64,000 bases of DNA from Octopus sinensis (Eukaryota): NCBI RefSeq assembly GCF_006345805.1, contig NW_021832231.1:969806-1033805 (forward strand), given 5' to 3'. The notes under the pieces were generated by a model that saw nothing but the letters and a program-made list of their open reading frames with translations, made no database searches and had not been told where the DNA came from. Position numbers and translations under genes: made by a program. Shown here one piece after another: positions 23,913 to 35,520 of the stretch. The stretch's first letter is position 1. Every line of letters begins with the position of its first letter.

Positions 23913-24581
23913 GATTATTATATAATTTGTTTCTTTCAGTCAGTTTTTGTTTATGTTGACTAGTCTATGACATATTGTTGCACAATCCTTGTCACAAATC
24001 AGGTATTAGTGTAGCAGAAACAACACCGTCTTCACGGGTTGCTCCCAAAGGAATGAACAAGTTTTTTTGCGGATAGAGAAAAGACCATGACATCGGAAAG
24101 GTGATCGGTTTGTTTGGCGATCTAAGTTCCTTTCTCGTGGTGGCAAATGATAGTTTTACGTCGGTTTAAGTACCAAAGATCCGTAATCATCTCTCTGTCG
24201 GATTGAATATCTTCCGTGATCTCGGTTATCTTTCGAAATTCAACAATGTATTATCATTTCTGAATGCGGAAAGATAACAAGAACAATCTCGATGAGCTCA
24301 TATTCAAGAATATAATGTCACTCTCCAAAAATGGACTTGCCAGCGGGAAAGTCTTCAAATTAAAGGGATTTCACTCTCTCCCTGGCAAACTGAGTGCGGG
24401 TAGATTCTCAAAGGTGTCCAAAAAAACTTGTGACCCTAAAGAGACTAACTGGCTGTTCAGCATGTCACCTTAGCTATTGCCCGCAGGAATTTCTTTCCAA
24501 TTCGTATCACGTAAGGGCTCTCTTCTTCTTTTGTTTAATTTCCGTTAATAAAAATTGTTTAAAAACGTTTAATCTCCAATA

Positions 24582-25227
24582 ATGATATTCTGGTTCTTGT
24601 GTGCTGCTAGTTCAGCCTTCACAAATACATCAATATCAGTGAAAGGAATAATCTCAAATAAGTATGAATCCTCAAATCAATGGCTTTCGTTAATCTCTAT
24701 TACACTCTTGGATGGAGGGAAAATTACTCATACAACATTCCCAAAACACGATTCCACATTCTCTTTTGCAGGATTGACTCCCGGATCTTATATTATGCAA
24801 GTCACTTCACCGACATATGCTTTCGACTCAGTCAGACTGGACGTCTCGCCACGTCTTTCTATTCGTGCTAGAAAACTGAACCTTCTTCAATTGGGCAGTG
24901 TTGAACTACTTTCTCATAAACCATTGAAACTCCGTGCCCTGAGTAAGCACGTTTTCTTTGTAGAGAGGCCTAGAATCAAACCAAAGGAAGTTATTTTTAA
25001 TCCAATGGTTAATTCCAATTTTCCTATATTAGTTTTTGGTAGCATTTTTGATGGCAATCTCTATTTTTTTAATGCCCAAGTTGAAGAAAATACAAGAAAA
25101 TGAAGAACGAAGGCAGAGAGTTAAATCTCCTTTTTATGTTTAGGAAGAGTCTGGGGAACCTGAACCCGTGGTCGAGAAAAGTCAGGCTGTCACAGATTTG
25201 GAAATCTTCAGAAATGGCCTTTTATAA
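24582..25227 (+). CDS. EMC7: ER membrane protein complex subunit 7
   Basis: Signal peptide, DUF2012-like region (FSFAGLTPGSYIMQVTSPTYAFDSVRLDV), then NPM/FLVAFLMAISIFLMPK transmembrane segment after introns 25008-25032 and 25120-25143. Confidence 0.85.
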
Positions 25228-25261
25228 TTGATAAAATTAACATCTAATTATAATCTAAACT

Positions 25262-26000
25262 TTTTTTTCTTATTTTTTGAAAAGAGTGGAGATTAGGAGT
25301 GTCGCAGGCTTGAGAGTCAGTCCGGCGAAAACGTGCTGCGAATCGAGAGGCAGTCCCCGCGAAGAATCGAGACCCAGATGCGCTGGAAGAGCCAACTCGA
25401 TCCTCCGGTCATTGGTCTTTCAGCGATTTTTTCGCTTAACAACTTCTCAGCCTCTTTACCGACCACGCCAGTGGTCTCGAAAGCGAGGGGCACGAACTCA
25501 TAGACTTTAGAAACCTGACCGTATTTCAACATTTTCTTTTCCTCTGCAAGCGCGCAAGCATAGCCTGGCGAACATGCCAGACAATAGAAAACACAGATTA
25601 TTTTAAACAGCCGGCGCATAGGATGGCCTGACAGTTCCTTCGGAAGATTGCCATCATTAAGCCCAGAGTGGCGATGGAAACGGCCAGAGCTACGACGGCA
25701 AGATAGGGATGTAGTCCTAGGGTTTCAATCGTTCGACCGCAACGGCATTGATTCTCACGGCAGACCTTTAATCCTAAGCGCAGAGGCTTCGATGCGGAGG
25801 CATTCGTTATCTAATAATGTTTCAACTGACACCATTGGGATAGCTGTCAGCCATGCTCCTGAATACTTTTGAGATCAAAATCATGTTAAAAATTTTAATG
25901 AAAGTTATTCCTATCAAGAACAACCCGATCATTTCTGGTGAAAAAATGCAAGAATCATTCGTTCAGAAAAATCTGGGATAAATTATTTTGTCGTAATTCT
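25262..26000 (-). mobile_element. CRE-clade 3' fragment, internally deleted
   Basis: GAWLTAIP...CRCG, AEEKKMLKY...FVPLAFETTG...FQRIWVSILRGDC; A-rich tail; same subfamily as the 35.5-38.4 kb copy. Confidence 0.85.
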
Positions 26001-26173
26001 TCTTTTTTGTCATTCTAACTCGGCGATCCATAATTTATTGTTTTTAGCTTTACAGTTGTCACTAAAATCACCAGTTCTAAAAAAATTGTCGATTTATATT
26101 CGAAATTAAAATTTGAATTATTTATTGTAGTCGAGAAAAATAGGAATAGCAATCTAGTTACTAGGAAACTAAC

Positions 26174-27400
26174 ATGGGACTGGACTATTATAATATACTT
26201 GAAATCAGCAAGTCAGCGAAAGACGCTGAAATAAAGAAAGCGTATGTGTCTAATCAATATTGCAAACATTAATGAATAATATTTAATTTTTAAATTAAGA
26301 TATCGAAAACTGGGACCTATATTTCATCCTGAAAGGAACAAGGGGGATCTTCTTGCTGCCGAACGTTTCAATAACATTTGTGAAAGTTACGATGTTCTTT
26401 CCGACGGTAGCATCAATTAATAATTTTTCTTTAATATCAGCTCGTAAAAAAGCAATTTATGATCAATTTGGGGAAGAAGGACTTAAAAGCGGAGTTCCAA
26501 TCTCTTCAAATCCAGCAGGTGCATGGACTCAAGGATATACTTATCACGGAAACAGTAAAAAAGTATTTCATGATTTCTTCGGTGGCGACAATCCATTTTC
26601 GGGTATGTGTTAGGCTCAGTAATTTTATAACTTAAATTAAATTATTCATTAACTTTCTTAGTGACTTCTTTAATCACTCCGAAACATAATATGTTTTAAT
26701 AGAATATTTCGACCAGGCAGATGGAGATATGGTGATGGGCTTTGGTGGATTATATGGGCGCAGCGCAAAAACTCAGGACGATTCGATTGTGAACGATTTG
26801 CCGCTTACACTTGAAGAAATGTACTTTGGATGTGTAAAGAAAATGAAGATATCGCGAAGAGTATTGGCCAATAGTCCTTTTTTAAGGTTTTGAATGAGGA
26901 TGGATATACTTCAGCCATGAGAGAAAAAATCCTCACAATCAATGTAAAGCCTGGATGGTCTGCAGGAACCAAAATAAAATTTGAAAAAGAAGGAGACCAA
27001 TCATTAAATGCTATTCCTGGTTTATAAGATCAGATCTAATGCATTAGCGGATATAATATTTGTTATTTCGGAAATTCCTCACGAGTATTTTACGCGTATT
27101 GGAAATGACTTGATGATGAAACAAAAAATTAAATTAAGCGAAGCCTTGGCTGGATGTATCGTTACAGTCAGAACTTTGGATGGGAGAATTTTCAATGTTC
27201 CAATTAACTACATAGTTAAGTACGACATACATTTATATATTTAAAGAAACACTTTTGACAAAATAGTTAGAGGAGAAGGAATGCCTAAAGTAGACAATAA
27301 TTCTCAAAAAGGAGACCTGATAATTCGTTTAGAGGTTGAATTTCCAGAAAGGCTAACAAGAAATCAGAAAAATGCACTTAAACTGGTGCTATCAAAGTAG
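26174..27400 (+). CDS. DNAJB13: DnaJ homolog subfamily B member 13 (radial spoke HSP40)
   Basis: MGLDYY...[14 protein letters not shown]...GYTYHG...[12 protein letters not shown]...[17 protein letters not shown]...KPGW...EKEGDQ; six introns (58, 34, 100, 26, 28, 27 nt); TAG 27400. Confidence 0.92.
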
Positions 27401-27718
27401 AACACTAACTTAAATTATTAACAAACTGATATTAAATTAACTGTCGACTCTAATATTCTTACATCGCATCTAAGAATGCAAATTTAGTATTTTGATTTTA
27501 TTTAATATGAATGATCTAGTAGTTAAGAATAATTTTTACCAAAAATTTCAGGGTTCGACTTAATTATATATAGATTTTTTACACTCAAGCGGCAGTTTTA
27601 AATGTTTCAATTCTAAAACAGAAAACATTAGCTATATATTTATGCATTTAAAATAAATCTTTAATTAGTATAATAATGTTTAACATTTATTAAACAAAAA
27701 TCTTTAATTTCAAAGACC

Positions 27719-30126
27719 TTATAATATTAAATTATTAAAGAGTTGTTCTGAAATTGATTCGAAATCAATTTTGTTTGATTCTCTTTCAAAGAACAATTGA
27801 AAAACGCTAATTTCGCCATTTTCAAACGTTAAGCAAACGTAGAATTTGACAAATTCAATCTCCGGACTCGAATTATTAGCACTTGCTAGAATTATTCTAA
27901 ATAAATTTAGATAATATTTACTTTTTATTTGAGAATTTTTCATAAAAAATAGGTTTTGTCATGGATACTAAAAGATCCCAAACATATATTTCAGATTTTT
28001 CACAAATACAAAAGAATTTGAGAGGAGAGGAATCAATCCATTTTACATAGATTGGAAAACTATTAGTAGAATTGAAAGTGAACAGAGGACGGTTGACATT
28101 GATATTGTAAAGGAATATTTGTTCGTTGCATGTACTAGTCTTTTAATTGAATAACAAATATAAACGATAAAATAATCAGGCAAGACTCCCGAAGTATCAA
28201 CATTCGTCACTCTCCCTCCATCTAAAATTAAAATTATTTTTCTAACAATGACTAAAGCTCTCATAGATTCCAGATTTTCGATGTTTCTGCCAACGAATTG
28301 GTCCCACCTGATAATAATGAAAATAAGACATTTTTTACATTAGTTCCAAGAATTAAATTAACTTTGTCTTTGTAAGGAATACACAAACTTGAAACTGTCA
28401 CACTCAAACTGACTGAGGAAACAAGCCACAGCTTCAATTTGGAATGGGGAAATGATCTTTGCTCATTTTTAGTACATTTATAGACAGACTTAAGTGTTTT
28501 ATTATTTTATTTTACCCACGTGTTTATATTAGAGTTTTTGTCCATAGAAATAAGCTGATAATTTAAATATTCTATATTTGTTTTATTTATATTAAATACC
28601 TCTAAATTTGTTTCGGCCATATAACCTAGAAAAAATATATTATTGAATTCTACTCAGTGTTGTTTGACATTTGAACACACTCCACAGCAACCACGCGCTC
28701 CCAATGCTCGCCTTTGGTTCCATTTGTGCTATATGAGGGCGATATATTTGAAACTTTAGAAGATTGGATCATCATAACTGACAAGGTGAATTTACATTTT
28801 ATATCCCACGCAACGACTGACCCTTCAATCTATCAATTGTGAATAATTTAATACATTGCCGGAAAATATTTCATCTCCAGTAATCGACGTGGTTAATGAT
28901 ACGACCGAAGTCTCGCAGTTCAACATTCTATTGTCAATTTTAAAATTAAAAAATACTTCTGTGGGATATTAAGGTCATCAATATTCCAGAAACAAACATA
29001 CGATGACTTGTAAACAGTTTCCTGTTTTAAATTATGAAATTTATTTTTATTACAAGATTGCCTGGATTATGAACAGTTATAATTATATTTGGATCGAAAG
29101 GTGCAAATTTAACAACATTGCAGATACGATCTAAAATAATAACGCATATGGTTAAAATCTAACTTTTAATCAGGGGTGGAATTTGGAAACTGTGCAATTC
29201 TTGAAATATTTTGGAATTTGTTTTTGCGGAGCCTTTCATGCCATACCGGGTCTCTTCATTCAGGACAGCAAGAAGTATCTTAACTGATTTATGTATTCCA
29301 ATACCTTTCCTGCTGTTTCAATAAATGATTTTAGATTCGGTTCATTTTTTAATTTGTATTTATTTTTCATTACTAAAAATATTTTAAAGTTTTTAAAAAA
29401 GATCTAACGAATTTCTTAAAGATTTAAAATTAATTTTAATAAATATATTCAAATTTATGTTATGAAACCTGCTCCACAATCTAAAAATATGCTTGGATTT
29501 TGGGTCCACATATTTGAAACAGTCAATGGAGTTGTTTGGATTTCTTGATCTAAACAATCTTCATTTGTTTGTACTGAAATCTAATAATGACAAATTAATT
29601 TTGTTTGGTTATTCACATTGCAGCATTTGATCACGGAAAACGATTGCATGTCTATTGGTGGTCTATCAATAATTTCGAACGAAAGAGAGTATTCCAATTT
29701 TATTATATTTTTCAAATGATTGTATTTTTGCTGCAATTTTGATAACTACATTCATTTAAAGTTATACTTTAAAAGATGATTCTTTTTTTTGTTTAAAAAT
29801 GGTAGTTGAATTATTTAATTTATCTATTTCATCTTCATCCTATTTAAAAATTAGTAAAATTTCTTTTACTTCAAAATCACTTTCATAATTGTATTCAGTT
29901 GTCACAGGGGGAATCGTAGATTCTGCGTCCTCAGTCTTTATATACGTACGTTCTTCCGCTATAAAATACTATCCAAATTCTATGTTACATTTTTTAGACT
30001 TATTTGATAAATTTTCCAAAGAATACTTTTTTGTTTTTGCTGAAACTATCATAGTTTATAGTTACTTTTGGAAGAAATTTTGTTAGATTCGTCTTTAGTT
30101 TTAAGATAACGTTTATTTTTCTCCAT
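27719..30126 (-). CDS. DYNC2I1: Dynein-2 intermediate chain 1 (WDR60)-like, many mini-introns
   Basis: Hand-spliced exons: YNYESDFE; IIKLEYSLSFEIIDRPP; ISVQTNEDCLDQEIQT...MWTQNP; VCFWNIDDLNIPQK; EGSVVAWDI...PSYST; LILGTN. These follow the order of the WDR60 motifs (VQCNEDNVERDIQT...VWTQHP; GSVVVWDL). Some internal exon boundaries unresolved. Confidence 0.75.
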
Positions 30127-30272
30127 AATCTAGAATAATTAAAATATAAAGTTACAAATTTTGGAACAATGAATAAATTATTCGTTGATTTTGTTTAAAA
30201 ATAACTTAAAATAATGAAATAGCCTTTCGTGGAAACCTTAGTAACCAAATATGTTATTATTAAAACATATAA

Positions 30273-33200
30273 TTTTTTTTTTTTATACAAACAGACAAAA
30301 ATTACAGATAGCTAAGTTAGTAAGGCTCACGAGACACCCGACCAGCCGCGCGAATGGCGAAGACGTTCCCTCGGATCACAGCAATCGACAGACGTTCCAG
30401 GAGCCAAGAAAACTCTCTTGGATCGTGACTAGTCCTTGAAATCCGTCGACCGAGCGAGCGAAGGAAGCGGAGTGTCTTGGGACCGAAGATCCCGGAGGAC
30501 TCCAAGGCAATGAGAGTAAAGAGCAGCGAGTTGGACAGGTGGCCGTACTTGAGAATCTTTCGCTCCTCGGCCTGCCTGGAAGCGTGCCCAGGATTGGCGG
30601 CGGACAGCGCGAGATTTCCCAGCGAGAACGTGTCCGAGCAGGTAGAATCCCAAATAAGGGATTTCCCCTGCTCGTAGGGGAAGGTGGACATGCCGTCAGG
30701 GCGTTTGCCATCCCCTCTATCCAATCCAACAGGTTCAAGGATAGACGGGATGCCTGCTGAGGCGAGGGCTCTCTGTACGACTGAGTTGAGTTCACTGTGA
30801 CGGGGGGCACGACCGGCACTCCGCCGGCAAGCGAGGGGATGCAAACCGTACTCGTCAACAGTTCCCCCACAACGGCATTTGTGCGACTGGCAGATTTTCA
30901 GCCCGACACGGAGGGAGATTGCAATTCTTAGGCATTCCTTGTCCAACAGGTTCCCGATGGAAGGGAGAGGGAGAGCCTTTAACCAGACACCGCTGCTTTC
31001 ACAGCGACCTGCACGGAGGCAAGCGACACGGTGTTGATTGGAGACAGGAAGCAGGCCTTCGAAGATTGCCTGACAAGAGATTTCGTCCCATTGGCGCTGT
31101 ACAGATTGAGAGTTGGGCAGCTTCGAACCAAACCGAGCCTCCACCGACCACGGGCTGCAGAGTAAACTTCAGACAATTTCCGTTCGGGGAGGTTTCTAAG
31201 AACGATGTCTGAGAGAGTACGAGAAGCGTGATGAGCGGATAGGAATGCCGGAGGGCAAGATCGGAATAGGATCTCAAGCCAAGACCACCCCAGCGCACAG
31301 GCAGGGATGCCTGAGTCCAGCCTGGATCGTCGAAAGCCAGATTGCAAAGAGAGCTCGTACCGAGCCTGAGGATATTGTCAAGGTCGGAAAGAAGGTCGCC
31401 TCTTTGAAAGCAGGGTGCACATCTTAGGGTGTAAAGGATCTTAGGGACAGAGAAGTGGTTTCGGAGGAGGAAAAAAAGCCACATGAGGCTCGATGACTTT
31501 AAGCTTGTCGATCATTTTGGATAAGTGGGAAATTTTTCCAGCGAGTGAGCATTCGAGGGCAGAAGGCCCCATGGGGGCACCGAGAATCGTAAGATTTGAT
31601 TTGTCCGTAATCCGGACGTCTGAGAGAATGCCTCGGCACGTGGAAATTGAAGCAGTGAAGTCACTCGGATTTAAGGCAATGTTCACGATTTCGGATTTAT
31701 TGGCGTTTATAGATAGCCGATGTCCGAGAGGGAAGGGAGGATAGAACGAAGGTCGTCGAAAACAGCGTCGGGGGGACCGCAAATGGTTGCGTCATCCAGA
31801 TACCATATGTTAACTGGGGATCGAACCGAGTGAGCGATACTGTTAACGCCCAAGGCAAAAAGGACAGGACCCAGGGATATCCCTGTTGGACCCCGGTGGC
31901 ACGAAGAAAAGAAATGGGAACATCGTCGAACATGAGGATACTCGGAGAAGCGTATGAGAGATGTACAAGGGGATAAGCGAACGGAACCAGTTCGCGACAG
32001 CACTCCAGCAGGTGGTCACGTCTGATGGAGTTGTGAAAGCGTTTGAGACGTCTAGTTTGACCATGATAGCCGACTGGGAAGATTCGATGAGTTCACGGAG
32101 AGAATGAACGGCCGCTTCGCAGCCGTTGGGACCCCGACCCCGAGTTGGGCGGGGAGAAACACTTGAGACAAAAAAGGGGACAATTGCGTGGCACAGAAGT
32201 TGGCAGAGAGCCTCCGAAAGATATCCCAACGGCATGGGTCTCACGCCGTTGTCTTTTTCCCAAGGGCAGTAAGGTTGGCGGAAAAGAAAATATCACGAGC
32301 AAAATCGGGGAGGGAACCGGAGATGAAGCGGTTGCACAGGTTGGTAATTGAGCGTAGGAGTTTTCGACCAGCTTCGGCGCGGTAGTGGGAGACGTCAGGT
32401 CTTTCAGATGACCTGGTCTCAGACCATCTACACCACCACTGCTTCCAGGTGAAAAGTCCCTCAGGGCTTTCAGACAAGAGTTTCCGAGACAGCAAAAGGA
32501 TTGAGAGCGAGGGTGTCAGGGGACGGCTGAGGCCTGAAGTCGTTTGGCTGAGGGGATGTTTTCCTGAGGGAATTTAAAACAGCAGGGGTCGTGGGCAAAA
32601 GGAGACTTGTCGAGGCAACCAGCCTAACTGCACCACGAACGTCGCCGTCCAAGAGTTTACTATTAATCTTTCTGTTGAGGTAATCGACGTCATTCGCGTG
32701 AGAGGACACATTATGGGATGGTGAACCAGAGGGAAATTCGGAGCTAGCGAGGTGGTCCCGCAGCCAGCGGATGGAAAAAAAGTTCTTATCGTACAAAGCC
32801 AATTCTTGTTTGACGGTTGTAGCCAGCGAGATGGAGGAGGTTCTCACACGGGCTCTTAATGGGGCAAAACCGAGACCGAAAGAGGCGAAGCAAAACAGCT
32901 TAAGCCAATCGGAATGGCCATCAGATGCCAAAGCCTTATCGATTGCGGCGGACAGGGAGGAGGCTGCAAAGATACGCGCAGTTTGGGATTCTGGATGGGA
33001 TTTCCGGAGACGACGGAAGAGCTTGATAGATTTGAGAACTTCCTCGGCAGACGGGGATGTTGCGAATGGCGCTTTTTCGGGGAGTTCTTGCGGGCTGGAA
33101 CACTGAACGGCTGGCAAGCACGGCAGGAAGGACAGTCCCAAATTAAGAGAGAGGCAGAAACGCGCCTGGAAAGACGCACGCAGAAGGTGGAAGAATCTGC

Positions 33201-33501
33201 CGCAACTCGAACAGACTCTCCTTTCTTGCGGTGTTACTAACTTCGCAAGTAGAGCATAAAAACAGAAGTGGGTTGGAAACAGAAAGACATAAAAAGAGAG
33301 CAAGATAAAAACAATGAACAAATGAATGACAAAAAAGAATGGAAAAAAAGGAGAGAATAAAGAGAAATGGAAAGAGAGAGAGAATAAAGAGAAATGGAAG
33401 AGAGAGAGAATTATTGAATTGAATAACAAATAGGAAAATGAACAAATGAATAGAAAAAGTGCACCACAACAAAACAACAACGCGCGTGCGAATTTATTCT
33501 G
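30273..33501 (-). mobile_element. Near full-length CRE-clade retrotransposon (RT + CCHC + RLE), frameshifted
   Basis: N-terminal CSSCGRFF, RT motifs, CRCG...H...C finger, DGKRPDG, WDSTCSDT, EERKILKY; poly(A) at ~30273-30284; pyrimidine-rich 5' UTR 33250-33490. Confidence 0.92.
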
Positions 33502-34337
33502 TGTTATTTTTAACATTTAAAATAATTAAATTATTTAAATTTAATTATTATGTCGCACCCCACGCTGCCGACCAGGATGACGTTCATAGTTGACAGCGTG
33601 ATTTACATAGTTTGACATTCAATTAAAAACGATTTGAAATAAAGAATGAAATACAATTTAGCAGCAAGTTAGGTTCGAATCTTAAAAGATTGTGGAACAA
33701 ATCCTTTATTGAAACTAGAGATTTGAATCTCTTATGAAGAAAAGGAGAAAGTTAAAAATGTGACAATAGTATTTTATCCATTATCATGAGTAACTGAGTT
33801 CTCGAGTTTAAAATGTATTTCGACTCGATAAATTATTTTATTTGAATTCCTTGAATCTAACCATAAATAATTATGATCGATCTTGACATTGTCACTGATA
33901 AAGCGGAAATCCATAACTCTAATGTTGTGAAAAAAGTTTATTGTAAAAAATAATATTTATCAAATATATCCCAGGATACTTTTTAAGAGTCAAATAAAAA
34001 TGCCATAAATGGTTTTTTCAAAAAACACAACCCAGGGGGGACAAATACACTTGTTTAGCTCTATGAGGAACCAAGTTTCTGAAAATTCCTGTTGATGGAT
34101 CACTGTAACCATTGGTATACTCTAATTAATTTAATGTCTATTTTTTAGAATAGTCGCAGCCGGCTGCGAACAGCATCTTAAAATAACCGCACTTAATTTT
34201 TAGTTCAAACTTACCGAATAGTTTCAAATTGATTTGTCTACATAGTTTACAAAAAAGTTTGAAACCTCTTGTATAATCCAAATATATAATCTAAAACAAG
34301 AGTTTGTTAATTTCGTGGGCAGAAATTTTATTTGTTA

Positions 34338-35520
34338 CTAGCTCCTGTGGAGTGCCTGTTTCATCAAACAACTATAAGTTTATATAAATATATAAAACGA
34401 CCTGGTTTGATGTAACCCTATTCTAACACCTGTTGATAAACGATGTTTGTCGTCCGTCCTTCCTTGGCATATATGAATAAATTTTCTTTTCTGCCTTTAA
34501 ATCTAAATGGTAATTCATCAAAAATAATAGGAATTCTTGGATATAAATACCCTCACCTCTAAGTTACCTGTTAATATCGTCGCTTCTATTACTTTAGCTA
34601 TCAAATTTCTGATAACTAACCTCGTTCCGTTGCATAATTTAGGTGATGCAAGATTTCGTAATAAATCGACTCGAATCTCTATCTTTAACTTTAAAAGATG
34701 AATCGGCATCTCTTCTGCTCCTGTGTATGGAATGCTCATCAGTTTTCGGGAACACCTGAAACGATAAAAGGAGATGAAACTCCTGCCATTCTCAGTTTGA
34801 TTGATAGATTCACATCTTCCTATTTATTGTTCTATAATGTGAAAACTGCAAATTCATTCTCTCAAAATTATACGGGTACTCATTATCTTTACTAATAAAT
34901 AACAATAAAAAACCTTCATTATAAATGTCCGGATTTTCTAAACTTCCAATTATTCTATATCAGAACTTTTTAGATTTTTCTCAACACCTCATTCAACAAC
35001 AGTATTTGAATCCAGGAATACCACGATATTTTTGAAATGGAGTAACGCCCAGAAAATAAAAAAATGCAATTTATATGAGCTCTCTAAATTCTTAAAAAAC
35101 TATAGGAAATGTAAATGTGTGATGATATTCTAAGCACTTTTTGCATACCAGTTATACTTTAAACTGAACAAAGATTTCTGACAAATGAAAATTTCCTCTT
35201 TGGAGTAGGTTGCTACTACGACTTTGGATCAATAAACAAGTAAGTCAAGATTCATTCATATTTTAAGTGCCCTTAAAGTATTTCTTCAACTACTTTTAGA
35301 ACGTCCTCTTTTTGGTCACTCAGTCGATGTTTATTTTATCCTGGCTCTCATATGCTGCGTAAATGGAATTATTCGAGATATTTATACGTTCTGAATGATC
35401 GTATAGTACATATAGTTCCTCAAACTAACCCTTCGTCAATACAAGCCTTACAGTCTCTATTAATACGAAGGTAGGGCAGTATTTGTAAATTAAAATAGTC
35501 CGGCTATGCATGGTTAAAGG
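34338..35520 (-). mobile_element. Decayed Helitron, 3' part
   Basis: Pif1 motif LLRNLASPKLCNGTRL (34518-34739); the terminal ~160 bp closely match 10625-10786 and end in CTAG|T at 34338; upstream boundary approximate. Confidence 0.75.

Noticed and set aside
22900-24540. Possible minus-strand gene upstream of EMC7
   Set aside because: Coding-like composition and some plausible ~22-25 nt introns, but I could not build a continuous frame or recognise a family.
33240-33516. Hydrophobic Phe/Leu-rich N-terminus of ORF 32470-33516 as a membrane protein
   Set aside because: It is a translation of the pyrimidine-rich repetitive 5' UTR of the CRE element.
34154-34169. Perfect 16-bp palindrome TCGCAGCCGGCTGCGA
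   Set aside because: Single occurrence with no associated element; it may lie in an unresolved exon (IVAAGCEQHLKI).
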